Of a stretch of 64,000 nt of DNA, positions 28,334 through 38,468 are shown one piece after another (within the stretch, counting starts at the first letter, position 1; every line of letters starts with the position of its first letter). A program made the position numbers and the translations under genes. Under the pieces are notes generated by a model that was not told the DNA's origin, did no database searches, and worked only from the letters and a program-made list of their open reading frames with translations. Location: contig OY969811.1 in NCBI GenBank assembly GCA_963703315.1, forward strand, positions 3,008,001-3,072,000, given 5' to 3'. The DNA comes from an uncultured cyanobacterium (lineage in GTDB: Bacteria; Cyanobacteriota; Cyanobacteriia; Pseudanabaenales; Pseudanabaenaceae).

Positions 28334-31300
28334 CTATATATTGGAGATCAACGGGCGAATTAATTCCATAACTTTGTCAGAATTAAAGTTATGAATAGCA
28401 GTGGTTAGTGATTTGGACAGACTTACTCTAGATGCAGGAATTTGAGCGATTAGTTCTTTCATGACTTCGGTATCAAGATAGTAAGCGGCTTGATACATTT
28501 GCTGTAACCATTCAGGAGACATCGTTTCTAGATCTTCTAAAGATAAATCATCCACAAATAGTTTTTGAGATTCTTGACTGACAGATGCATATTTATACTT
28601 TACTCCCAAGTGCTTAGCCAGCTTCTCAAAGATAACTTTTTCTTGAAATGGCTTGCCGATGAAATCGTTACAACCTGCCATTAGCACTTTTTCTCGCTCT
28701 TCTTCAAAAACGCTAGCAGTTAAGGCGACAATAATCGTTTCTTGTCCTTGAGGATTTTCTCTAATCTGTTTGATCGCAGTGTAGCCATCCATGATTGGCA
28801 TTCGCAGATCCATCCAAATTAGATGTGGTGACCAACTTTCCCAGATGGCGATCGCTTCCAGTCCCTGTGTTGCTTCACGCACCTCAAAACCTACTGATAG
28901 CAATAGCTTCACCAACAAGCGGCGATTTTCTTCTAAATCTTCCACCACAAGGATGCGGTAAGTTGGTTGATTGGGAGCTAAACCAATTACCCTTTGTTTA
29001 ATAGATGCTGAAGAATCAGGGACGATTTGCGGTGTTTTGACTGTCAGTTCAAAGTAAAAAAGACTACCCTGATGTAAGGTGCTTTGAACATAAATCTGAC
29101 TACCCATAAGCTGCATAAATCTTTGACTGATGGCTAAACCCAATCCAGTACCTTGATTTAACTTACTTCCCGCTTGAGCCTGTACAAATACTTGAAATAA
29201 ACTATCAATTTCATCTGGTGCAATGCCCACGCCTGTATCTTCAACCTCAAATAGAAGTTGAGATTGATTCATCCCAGTTCTTCCTGTTTGCTTAACTCTT
29301 AAAGTGACAGTTCCTTGCTTGGTAAATTTAATAGCGTTACCGATTAGATTGATCGTTACTTGACGTAGTTTTTTCTCGTCGGTCTGCACATATATAGGTA
29401 GGTTAGGATCGCGATCGACAATTAATTGTAGTCCTTTCTCTTTGGCTTGAGCTTGCAACAGCTCTTCGATAGAAGTCAGCAACTTATCTAGCTCAAAGTC
29501 AGAAGGATGGAGTTTCATCTGACCACTCTCGATTTTAGAAAGGTCTAAAATATCGTTAATTAAGTCTAATAAATGTACGCCACTACGATTAACGATCGCT
29601 AGATCTTCTTGATTTTCAGGACTTAGCGATAGGTCGTAACTCATTAATTCCGTAAATCCTAAAATCGCATTGAGAGGTGTACGCAGTTCATGGCTCATAT
29701 TAGACAGGAACATACTCTTGGCTTGATTGGCAGCTTCTGCGATTTTTTTGGATTCTTTAAGCTCTAACTCAGTCTGTTTGCGATCGCTAATATCAATCAA
29801 ATATCCTAAAATTTCGACTGGGTTACCTTCGCGATCGCGAATGAGCCTGATTTGTTCAAGTATCCAACGATAACTACCATCTGCGTGCAGAAGACGGAAC
29901 TCCTGAAAATGGAAATTATTAGTGAATAAATTGGTTAACCCGCTCATTAATTGGTCTACATCATCTGGATGGAGATGATCTATCCAAAAGCTCGAATCTT
30001 CTAAAAATGCTTTAGATTCATAGCCCATGATATCTTTAACATTTTCGCTAATAAAAGTTGCACCATAGTCACCATCAGGCTTACTACTAAAAATAACGGC
30101 AGGACTATAGTTGAGCAGGAAGTTAAGCCGATTTGTGGTAGCTTGCAAAGCCTTTGTAGATTGTTTTAGCTCTGTCACATCTTCCTGAACCGCAACAAAT
30201 ACAGTTCCATATTCAGGATGCTCAAACTTAGAAGTATGGACTCGACACCAAAATAATGTCCCATCTTTTTTCTTGTTGTAGACTTCATATTGCGCTTCCC
30301 CATCTCGATTAAGTTGAGTAACAATATCTTCAACGGTTTCGTCTGGTGTCACCTTCTCATCAACATAATTGATCATCCCCACAGGCTGCCCTGCGAGTTC
30401 CCCTTCTTCATAGCCAAACATCGCATCAAACTTAGGATTGGTATAACCAATGGTGAGATCTGCGGCTTTGACTAAACATACACCACCTGCCATATTATTC
30501 ATGATGACGCTTTGAAGTTCTATCGTCTTTTGAGATTCTTTTCGAGCCGTAATATCTTGGATTTGAGAAATAAAATGTAGCGGATTTCCTTGTTCATCTT
30601 TTATTAGGGAGACATTCAGCAAAATCCACACAATGTACCCTTGCTTGTGAAAATAGCGTTTTTCTAGTTGATAAGTTGAAAGCTCCCCTGCTAGTAGCTG
30701 GTTGACATAACTGAGATCTAGATATAGATCTTCAGGATGGGTAATATCTTGAAAAGTTAGAGAGAATAGCTCTTCTGGAGAGTAGCCAATAATCTGACAT
30801 AGTGCAGAATTAACTTTAACCCAATGCCCCTCAAGGGAAATGATCGCCATCCCAATCGAGGCATCTTCAAAGGCATGGCGAAACTTCTCTTCACTGGTTT
30901 GTAAAGCTATTTCGATTTGTTGGCGATCGCTAATGTCCCGCAGAATCACGGTAAATATAATTTCATCGCCTATTTCTAGCTTAGAAATGGAAGCTTCCGC
31001 AGGAAATTGACGACCATCTCGCCGCAGTCCCACAATCCCCCCCCGTTCACCCATCCCTCGCGCTTTACCTGAGGTATCAGAAGATGCATCAAATTTTGAA
31101 ATATGCTGTTGATGGGCAATTCTAAACTGCTCTGGCAAAAGTAAATCTAAGGGCTGACCTAAGATCTCCTCAGATTCATAGCCAAAAATCTTTTCCGCCC
31201 CTTGGTTAAACAGAGTAATCCGTTGATTGCGATCGACCGAAATAATCGCATCGTTAGCAATTTCGAGAATTCCTGCAAACCGCGCCTGTGATTTTTCTAG

Positions 31301-32227
31301 CTCCTGTGTTCTTTGGGCTACCCGTAGTTCTAAATTTTCATTGATTTCCGTAAGATCTTTTTGTGCTTGTTGACGATGCAGTTCTAACTGATTGATAAAT
31401 CGCGCTGTCCCCCAGATCAGCATTGAGAAGGTAATCACGAAGATCAGCGATCGCCACGTATAACCAAATTCAGAGTTAAACCAGCCTAATTTTCGTCCCT
31501 GAAAACTAAGCCAATTAGTTACCACTGGAAAGATAATTGCCCAAGGTAGTAACCACCGCGCCATCAGTCCACCGATGAGAGGACTCGTTATTACTTGCAT
31601 TACCCCACGATCAGGTTGAAGCCATAAAATTCCTATATAGAGGACAAAAAAGGTGATAATCGTGTGAACTGCTTGAGTGGACGTAACGATAATCAGAGAG
31701 AAAGAACTGTTGATCTCAAAGATATAACCAAATAGTGCTAGCAGAGAAATTAAGGCAGCAATAGTACTACAAATCTGTGCTAGCCAAATATTTCTATTAT
31801 TTCTTTGGGAATTTCGCCCGATCACGAACAAAGCTAATCCCATCAACACAAAATTTAAGGCAGTATTCGCTCCCATGCGTCCAGCATAGGGAGTTACTGA
31901 AGACACCACATCCTGAAAAAGCAACTGATCAATGTGTAGGTTCCAACCAAAAAGGTACTGACTTAGGGTCAACAACCCAATTCCCATCACCACAACCGCC
32001 ATTCCCTGTGCAACTCGATGACGCATTCGGGTTAGCCTCTGACATTGCAGTAATCTCAAAGACATTCCCGCCAACAAAAAGCAAAGTGCTGTGTTAGGTT
32101 TCATGGTCAATTCCATTCCATAGAAACCACTCTTGAGCAAAGTGATGTCAAATTGCCAACCCAGTATTACAAAACACCCGATAGCAATAACAAATAGACT
32201 AGTTATCTGAGAAATGCGGTTGTTCAT
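28334..32227 (-). CDS. Membrane-bound multi-PAS hybrid histidine kinase
   Basis: N-terminal multi-TM region, four PAS domains, MSHELRTPLN, GTGLGL, REC domain (DLRMP). Confidence 0.93.
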   Translation of the reverse strand: MNNRISQITSLFVIAIGCFVILGWQFDITLLKSGFYGMELTMKPNTALCFLLAGMSLRLLQCQRLTRMRHRVAQGMAVVVMGIGLLTLSQYLFGWNLHIDQLLFQDVVSSVTPYAGRMGANTALNFVLMGLALFVIGRNSQRNNRNIWLAQICSTIAALISLLALFGYIFEINSSFSLIIVTSTQAVHTIITFFVLYIGILWLQPDRGVMQVITSPLIGGLMARWLLPWAIIFPVVTNWLSFQGRKLGWFNSEFGYTWRSLIFVITFSMLIWGTARFINQLELHRQQAQKDLTEINENLELRVAQRTQELEKSQARFAGILEIANDAIISVDRNQRITLFNQGAEKIFGYESEEILGQPLDLLLPEQFRIAHQQHISKFDASSDTSGKARGMGERGGIVGLRRDGRQFPAEASISKLEIGDEIIFTVILRDISDRQQIEIALQTSEEKFRHAFEDASIGMAIISLEGHWVKVNSALCQIIGYSPEELFSLTFQDITHPEDLYLDLSYVNQLLAGELSTYQLEKRYFHKQGYIVWILLNVSLIKDEQGNPLHFISQIQDITARKESQKTIELQSVIMNNMAGGVCLVKAADLTIGYTNPKFDAMFGYEEGELAGQPVGMINYVDEKVTPDETVEDIVTQLNRDGEAQYEVYNKKKDGTLFWCRVHTSKFEHPEYGTVFVAVQEDVTELKQSTKALQATTNRLNFLLNYSPAVIFSSKPDGDYGATFISENVKDIMGYESKAFLEDSSFWIDHLHPDDVDQLMSGLTNLFTNNFHFQEFRLLHADGSYRWILEQIRLIRDREGNPVEILGYLIDISDRKQTELELKESKKIAEAANQAKSMFLSNMSHELRTPLNAILGFTELMSYDLSLSPENQEDLAIVNRSGVHLLDLINDILDLSKIESGQMKLHPSDFELDKLLTSIEELLQAQAKEKGLQLIVDRDPNLPIYVQTDEKKLRQVTINLIGNAIKFTKQGTVTLRVKQTGRTGMNQSQLLFEVEDTGVGIAPDEIDSLFQVFVQAQAGSKLNQGTGLGLAISQRFMQLMGSQIYVQSTLHQGSLFYFELTVKTPQIVPDSSASIKQRVIGLAPNQPTYRILVVEDLEENRRLLVKLLLSVGFEVREATQGLEAIAIWESWSPHLIWMDLRMPIMDGYTAIKQIRENPQGQETIIVALTASVFEEEREKVLMAGCNDFIGKPFQEKVIFEKLAKHLGVKYKYASVSQESQKLFVDDLSLEDLETMSPEWLQQMYQAAYYLDTEVMKELIAQIPASRVSLSKSLTTAIHNFNSDKVMELIRPLISNI

Positions 32228-32424
32228 AAGTCAGTTGATTGGGTTAAGAAAATTCTCCAATTCACAAAGTCTCCATTCAGTTATCAGCTTTTACTAGTAT
32301 TTATGATTTTAGTAGAGATTGAAAGCGATTATTTAGATTGAAAAAGCTTGTAGCCTAATTATTCAACTATACTATTTGTTTATAGACTGACTAATGATGT
32401 CATAGGGAATTAGGTTATTTCAGT

Positions 32425-34575
32425 ATGATTAGCGAGACGGCTAATAACTATAAAGGCAACATTTTAATTGTTGACGATCTACCTGATAACTTGCGCTTAC
32501 TTCGAGATACATTGAGCGAACATGGTTATAAAGTTCGTAGTGCGACCACAGGAGAAATGGCAATCAGAGCCGCGCAATCCCCAGCAACAGAACTAATTTT
32601 ACTTGATATTAAATTGCCCGATCTCGATGGTTATGAAGTATGCCAAAGATTAAAATCTGATGATCGCACTACCGATATTCCTGTCATTTTCTTAAGCGCC
32701 CTCAATGCCACTTTAAATAAGGTGCAAGGACTAGCTGTGGGAGGAGTCGATTATATAGCCAAGCCCTTTCAAGTCGAAGAAGTATTAGCGCGTGTTGAAA
32801 CACATCTCACAATCCGACGACTCCAAAAAAGTCTTCAAGAAAAAAATCTACAACTTGAGGAAGAGATTGCGGAACACCAGCGTCTCGAAGATATCATTTT
32901 TGCGGAAAAGGAACTGGCGCAGGTAACCTTACAATCAATTGGTGATGCCGTGATTACCACTGATGCTAAGGGGCATATTCGCTATATCAATCCCGTAGCT
33001 GAGCATCTCACGGGTTGGAAAGCTCAAGAGGCAGAAGGACTTCCTTTATTGACTGTCTTCCAAATCATTAATGAAGTCACCAGAAAGCCTTGTGAGAATC
33101 CCATCAACCAAGCTCTGTTAGAAGAGAGAATAGTAGGCTTAGCAAACCATACGATTTTGATTGCACGGGATGGTACAGAGTATGCCATTGAGGACTCAGC
33201 CGCACCAATTCGCGATCGCCTTGGCAATATCATCGGCGCAGTCTTGGTGTTTCATGATGTGACAGAAGCACGTCACCTTAACCGTCAACTCTCTTGGGAA
33301 GCTAGTCATGATGCACTGACGGGTTTAATCAATCGTCGCGGATTTGAGGATAAACTAGTATCAGCGATCGCCTCTGTCCAAAAGCATGAACAGCAGCACG
33401 CCCTCTGTTATCTAGATTTAGACCAGTTCAAAGTCGTTAACGATACCGCAGGTCATATTGCTGGCGATGAGCTACTGCGCCAAATCACCGCACTGTTACA
33501 AAAAGGAATTCGCGCTAGTGACACACTAGCTCGTTTGGGAGGTGATGAATTTGGGCTTTTACTCTCACAATGTCCTCTGTCTCAAGCGGCTCAGATTGCA
33601 GAAACCATCAAAGACCTAGTACATCATTTTCGATTTGTTTGGGAGGGCAAAACCTTTATGATCGGTGTCAGCATTGGTGTTGTGGCGATCAATCAACCCA
33701 GCCAAAGTTTGATGGAGGTGATGGGGGCAGCCGATGCAGCTTGTTATGCTGCTAAAGCTAAAGGTCGCAACTGTGTCCATGTATATCGTCTAGATGATAG
33801 TGAGTTAATTAAGCAACGTGGGGAGAGACAAATAGTTTCTCAAATCAGCAGAGCGTTAGAAACCAATCGTTTTTGTCTCTACCGTCAAAAGATCATCTCT
33901 CTTACTGCCAAAGCATTAAGAGAACATTATGAAATTCTGATCAGAATGGTGGATGAAAATGGAGAATTAGTATCTCCTAATGCATTTATTCCTGCTGCCG
34001 AAAGCTATGGCTTGATCAACGACATCGATTGCTGGGTAATCGAAACATTTTTTTCCAATTATCATAAATTACCTGAGCCGCAAGCTGGTAAAGGCTTGTA
34101 TACAATCAATCTATCGGGAGCAAGTGTCGGTAACAATCAATTTTTGAAGTTTTTAATCGAACAGTTTCCTCGCTACCAAGTCCCCCCACAGAGTATTTGT
34201 TTTGAAATCACGGAGACAGCCGCGATCGCTAACTTTGAGCAAGCGAGATATTTCATCGGTGAACTTAAAAAGATTGGCTGTAGCTTTGCCTTAGATGACT
34301 TTGGGAGTGGATTGAGTTCCTTTGCCTATTTAGTAAATTTACCCGTTAATTATCTCAAAATCGATGGTGCGTTTGTCAAAAGTGTTAGTCATAATTTAAT
34401 TTCCCAAGCGATCGTTGAAGGCTTTAATCGCATTGCCCATGCCATGCATCTAGAAACTGTGGCTGAATTTGTGGAAGATGAGGCAATCTTAGAAAAATTA
34501 CGAGAGATTGGAGTCGATTATGCTCAAGGCTACGTGATTTCGCATCCCATGCCTATTAATTTCAATGCCTATTAA
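32425..34575 (+). CDS. REC-PAS-GGDEF-EAL diguanylate cyclase/phosphodiesterase
   Basis: REC domain (DIKLP), PAS, GGDEF, EILIR and DDFGSG motifs. Confidence 0.93.
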   Translation: MISETANNYKGNILIVDDLPDNLRLLRDTLSEHGYKVRSATTGEMAIRAAQSPATELILLDIKLPDLDGYEVCQRLKSDDRTTDIPVIFLSALNATLNKVQGLAVGGVDYIAKPFQVEEVLARVETHLTIRRLQKSLQEKNLQLEEEIAEHQRLEDIIFAEKELAQVTLQSIGDAVITTDAKGHIRYINPVAEHLTGWKAQEAEGLPLLTVFQIINEVTRKPCENPINQALLEERIVGLANHTILIARDGTEYAIEDSAAPIRDRLGNIIGAVLVFHDVTEARHLNRQLSWEASHDALTGLINRRGFEDKLVSAIASVQKHEQQHALCYLDLDQFKVVNDTAGHIAGDELLRQITALLQKGIRASDTLARLGGDEFGLLLSQCPLSQAAQIAETIKDLVHHFRFVWEGKTFMIGVSIGVVAINQPSQSLMEVMGAADAACYAAKAKGRNCVHVYRLDDSELIKQRGERQIVSQISRALETNRFCLYRQKIISLTAKALREHYEILIRMVDENGELVSPNAFIPAAESYGLINDIDCWVIETFFSNYHKLPEPQAGKGLYTINLSGASVGNNQFLKFLIEQFPRYQVPPQSICFEITETAAIANFEQARYFIGELKKIGCSFALDDFGSGLSSFAYLVNLPVNYLKIDGAFVKSVSHNLISQAIVEGFNRIAHAMHLETVAEFVEDEAILEKLREIGVDYAQGYVISHPMPINFNAY

Positions 34576-34640
34576 CTTCAATTAAAATAATTTGATTGTA
34601 TCAAGGCTTAAAAGAGGCGATCGCGGCGGATATTGATTGG

Positions 34641-35285
34641 TTAAGGCGCAATTATTTTGGCAATGCATCGCAAAATTTTTAGTACAGTCGGAAGATGATT
34701 ATCTGGGGGCGAAATAGAAAATAGAGAAGATGGCGCGTATTGTGGTGGTTCGGTAGGTGAGTTGGGATGATTTAGTTTCAAAAAGCGATATTCGCCGCCA
34801 TTAGTAATTAACCCAAAAGTAGTTTTGGATGAGTTAGGGCTTGCGAGCATATAGGCTAGGGCTTGGGGCAATGCTTTGTGTAAGGAAAAGCTGCTACTTT
34901 TGGACTCGATGACTAGTACCCACAGATTTTGTTGGATTACGAGAATATCAATACGTCCTCGATAGATGGTTTCTCCGTCATTAGTGGTTATTTCGACGGA
35001 TTCTTCATCAGCGATCGCAAATTGAGAGCTATAAAACCCTGCCAGTTCGAGTAATGGGGACAAAATCGCCATTTTGATGATGTTTTCTGAAACTACCGAT
35101 CGCCGATTAATGCGGTCATAAAGTTCGGTAATTCTTTGCAAGTTTTCGCGATCGCTTTCTGTCAAATTTGGCAAATCTTGCTGCCATTCTAAAAAGAAGT
35201 TGCGATCGTCGTTACGTTGTAAGAGAAAGTCTTGTTCTAGTCTCTCAAGACTTGTTTCTTCAGAAATTCGGAGAAGTTGAACCAT
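34641..35285 (-). CDS. Stand-alone HsdR_N-like PD-(D/E)XK nuclease-fold protein
   Basis: GRIDILV..VIESK..QALAYM..TNG. Confidence 0.75.
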   Translation of the reverse strand: MVQLLRISEETSLERLEQDFLLQRNDDRNFFLEWQQDLPNLTESDRENLQRITELYDRINRRSVVSENIIKMAILSPLLELAGFYSSQFAIADEESVEITTNDGETIYRGRIDILVIQQNLWVLVIESKSSSFSLHKALPQALAYMLASPNSSKTTFGLITNGGEYRFLKLNHPNSPTEPPQYAPSSLFSISPPDNHLPTVLKILRCIAKIIAP

Positions 35286-35533
35286 AATTTCAATTTTTCT
35301 TATTAGGATTTGATTACAGATTTTTAGTTCACAAAAATATCTGTTTTATCTTCGATACATCCAACTAAACCAAGTTCTGTAAATATTCTAAGTTGCTACC
35401 TATTAAAACAGCGTTACAAAGTACTACTTTTTTAATAGGGTAAAGTTAACAGGGTGAAATCCGAATAACGACACAGGTGCGTGATGATGACATATCAGTA
35501 CAATAGACTGAGAGTAAATCGTAAACATAAACT

Positions 35534-36130
35534 ATGATCCCAACCGTAATCGAACAATCTGGTCGTGGCGAAAGAGCCTTTGATATTTTTTCGCGTCTGC
35601 TGCGGGAGCGGATCGTATTTTTGGGACAGCAGGTTGACGACAGTATTGCCAACATCATTGTTGCTCAGTTGCTATTTCTGGAAGCCGATGATCCCGAAAA
35701 AGATATTTTCTTGTACATCAATTCCCCAGGGGGATCTGTGACCGCAGGGATGGCAATTTACGATACGATGCAGCACATTCGCCCTGATGTTTCCACCATT
35801 TGTGTGGGTCTAGCGGCAAGTATGGGCGCTTTTCTGCTCACTGGTGGCGCAAAGGGCAAGAGACTATCTTTGCCCCATACTCGGATCATGATTCACCAAC
35901 CTCTCGGTGGCGCACAGGGTCAAGCGACGGATATCGAAATCCAAGCAAAAGAAATTCTTTATCACAAGAATCGCCTGAATGAGTTGATGGCTTTCCATAC
36001 AGGACAGCCCATCGAGCGGATTGCCGATGACACCGATCGCGATTTCTTTATGGCTCCTGATGAAGCTAAAAATTATGGACTAATTGATGAAGTTGTCAAC
36101 CAACGTCCAAAGTTTGAAGTCGCTGCTTAG
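35534..36130 (+). CDS. clpP: ATP-dependent Clp protease proteolytic subunit
   Basis: YINSPGG, AASMG and MIHQP motifs. Confidence 0.97.
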   Translation: MIPTVIEQSGRGERAFDIFSRLLRERIVFLGQQVDDSIANIIVAQLLFLEADDPEKDIFLYINSPGGSVTAGMAIYDTMQHIRPDVSTICVGLAASMGAFLLTGGAKGKRLSLPHTRIMIHQPLGGAQGQATDIEIQAKEILYHKNRLNELMAFHTGQPIERIADDTDRDFFMAPDEAKNYGLIDEVVNQRPKFEVAA

Positions 36131-36138
36131 AATATTGC

Positions 36139-36173
36139 AAACAAGAAGGCTCACGATGTGAGCCTTCTTGTTT
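36139..36173. terminator. Hairpin after clpP (GAT loop)
   Basis: aaacaagaaggctcac-gat-gtgagccttcttgttt. Confidence 0.8.
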
Positions 36174-36302
36174 ATGGCTATTGACTTTAATCGCAACTTA
36201 ATTGCAAATATATAGGTCATCATTTTCTATCAAGTTGCCTCCTATGGAGGCAACTTGATCAAAGGTCATCAAAATACTTTCGGGTGTGTGGAGGTTAAGT
36301 GT

Positions 36303-37673
36303 ATGAAATTGTTTGGTACGGATGGTATTCGTGGTCACGTAGGCAAATTTTTGACGGCGAATCTAGCCCTAGAGGTCGGCATTAGTGCAGGCAAAATTTT
36401 AAAGGAACGGGTTGACCTTGATCGGACTAGTAAAGCAAAGGTCATTGCGATCGGTCAAGACTCCCGCACATCGGGCGATATGCTTTCTTCAGCAATCTCC
36501 GCAGGTTTGACGGCGGCGGGTTGGGATGTGTGGCACATTGGGCTATGTCCTACCCCTGCGATCGCCTATCTCACTGCCAACTCTCCCGAAATCTTTGGCG
36601 GTGTGATGATTTCCGCCAGTCATAATCCCCCAGAAGATAATGGCATCAAGTTTTTTGGAAACAATGGCACAAAGCTGTGTGGGGAAACGCAGCAAGCGAT
36701 CGAAGCTCTATTAGAATCACGCATTCACGCCGATCTAGTCAATTCATCGACGGATTGGGGAAAATATCACGAAAAGGCACATTTAATTTCTGACTATCAA
36801 GATTCTCTCCAAAATTCGATCGCTACAGATTTAAACGGCATCAAAGTAGTTCTTGATCTTGCTCATGGTTCTGCAACTCGCGTGTCATTGGAAGTATTTC
36901 GCAACTTGGGCGCAGAAGTAATTTGCTTGCACCATGAACCTGATGGCGATCGCATTAATGTCAATTGCGGCTCTACGCATCTCGAACCCTTACGCGCCGC
37001 CGTAAAAGAACATCATGCTGATATGGGTTTTGCCTTTGATGGTGATGCCGATCGCGTATTAGCAGTTGATAGCAATGGACGTGTCGTTGATGGCGATTAC
37101 ATCTTGTATCTATGGGGACAAGAGTTACTAGAAAATAATCAACTCCCTAACAGTGCGATCGTCACAACGGTGATGGCAAATCTTGGCTTTGAACGGGCAT
37201 GGCAAAAGATTGGCGGTAACTTGGTGCGTACACCTGTTGGAGATCAATATGTTCATGCAGAAATGGTGCGATCGGGCGCAATGCTGGGCGGCGAACAGTC
37301 AGGTCATGTTCTATGTCGTCATTACGCAGTTAGTGGCGATGGTTTGCTAGCTGCACTGCATCTCGCTGCCCTTGCCAAGCAAAAAGCCCCCTTATCCGAA
37401 TTGATGGACCAAAGTTTTCATCCTTTTCCACAACTACTCAAAAATGTGCGTGTCGAAGATCGGGAATTGCGCCGCAATTGGCAAACCTGTGATGCTCTCG
37501 TACAGGCGATCGCTTTAGCCGAACAAGATTTAGGCGATCGGGGTCGCATTTTGGTACGTGCTTCTGGCACTGAGCCATTAATGCGAGTGATGGTGGAAGC
37601 AGAAAGTCTTGAACTCGCAACCCATTGGACAGATAGTTTGACAGGGCTGATTGAGAAGCAATTAGTTAAATAA
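36303..37673 (+). CDS. glmM: Phosphoglucosamine mutase
   Basis: [27 protein letters not shown] and RASGTEP motifs; ATG 36303 follows GGAGG. Confidence 0.95.
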   Translation: MKLFGTDGIRGHVGKFLTANLALEVGISAGKILKERVDLDRTSKAKVIAIGQDSRTSGDMLSSAISAGLTAAGWDVWHIGLCPTPAIAYLTANSPEIFGGVMISASHNPPEDNGIKFFGNNGTKLCGETQQAIEALLESRIHADLVNSSTDWGKYHEKAHLISDYQDSLQNSIATDLNGIKVVLDLAHGSATRVSLEVFRNLGAEVICLHHEPDGDRINVNCGSTHLEPLRAAVKEHHADMGFAFDGDADRVLAVDSNGRVVDGDYILYLWGQELLENNQLPNSAIVTTVMANLGFERAWQKIGGNLVRTPVGDQYVHAEMVRSGAMLGGEQSGHVLCRHYAVSGDGLLAALHLAALAKQKAPLSELMDQSFHPFPQLLKNVRVEDRELRRNWQTCDALVQAIALAEQDLGDRGRILVRASGTEPLMRVMVEAESLELATHWTDSLTGLIEKQLVK

Positions 37674-37703
37674 AAAAAGCCGCGCAAAGCGCGGCTTTTT
37701 TTA
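37671..37703. terminator. Bidirectional terminator palindrome containing both stop codons
   Basis: taaaaaaagccgcgc-aaa-gcgcggcttttttta. Confidence 0.85.
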
Positions 37704-38273
37704 AAACTCCACATCTTCATAAATCTCAGATAAGCTAAGCTCGATGCCCAGTGATGACAATTTGATTTGATTCTCTAGTTGAGAATATTCTATCAATAAC
37801 CACTGATTAGCGCCCTGTTTGACGTAATGCTCAACATGAGGCTGGTTTTGCTCCACTAATAGATATTCCTGAAAGCTAGAAATTGTCCGATAATCAGCAA
37901 ATTTTTCACCACGATCATAGTTTTTAGTCGATTTCGATAGAACTTCAGCAATAAAAATTGGCTGTGTCACCGTATCTTTGCGTCCCTCTTGCAAGGCGAT
38001 CGGACGTGGTACAACCATCACATCAGGGTAAGTATGCACTTGGCGATCGGGAATCCACAGTCTCTGATCGGTCACAAATACCTGTAAGGGTTTACCCCGC
38101 AGCCCTAAACTAAGCAATACCGTCATTGAGCGAACTAATTCATTATGCGTAGGCGTGCCGCCAGTCATTTCTATAATCTCTCCTTGGCGATATTCATGAC
38201 GGTTAGTCGCTTCGAGTTCTAAAGCTAGATATTCTTCTGGTGTGAAGGTTTTAGCGGGAGTGGCAACGGTCAT
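37701..38273 (-). CDS. Uma2-family endonuclease
   Basis: EEYLALE..HEY..YPDVMV..EVLSKST..DRGEKF..EYLLV. Confidence 0.92.
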   Translation of the reverse strand: MTVATPAKTFTPEEYLALELEATNRHEYRQGEIIEMTGGTPTHNELVRSMTVLLSLGLRGKPLQVFVTDQRLWIPDRQVHTYPDVMVVPRPIALQEGRKDTVTQPIFIAEVLSKSTKNYDRGEKFADYRTISSFQEYLLVEQNQPHVEHYVKQGANQWLLIEYSQLENQIKLSSLGIELSLSEIYEDVEF

Positions 38274-38394
38274 ATCTTCGCCTCCACAATTTAACTGTAG
38301 CAATCAGTTTATACTAAAGCTCAAAATCTGGCGGTAGCCAGATTTCAAAGTTAAGCATTATCGCAATTGTCACAAGTTGCTATCACGTTAAGAT

Positions 38395-38443
38395 AATGAC
38401 TTTAGAATAGTCAGTGCTTTGCGCTGACTATTCTAAAGTCATT
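38395..38443. repeat. 23-bp-arm palindrome (TTT loop) between divergent genes
   Basis: aatgactttagaatagtcagtgc-ttt-gcgctgactattctaaagtcatt, with one mismatch. Confidence 0.85.
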
Positions 38444-38468
38444 CTGGTTTTCCGCATTTGGGGTGCTA

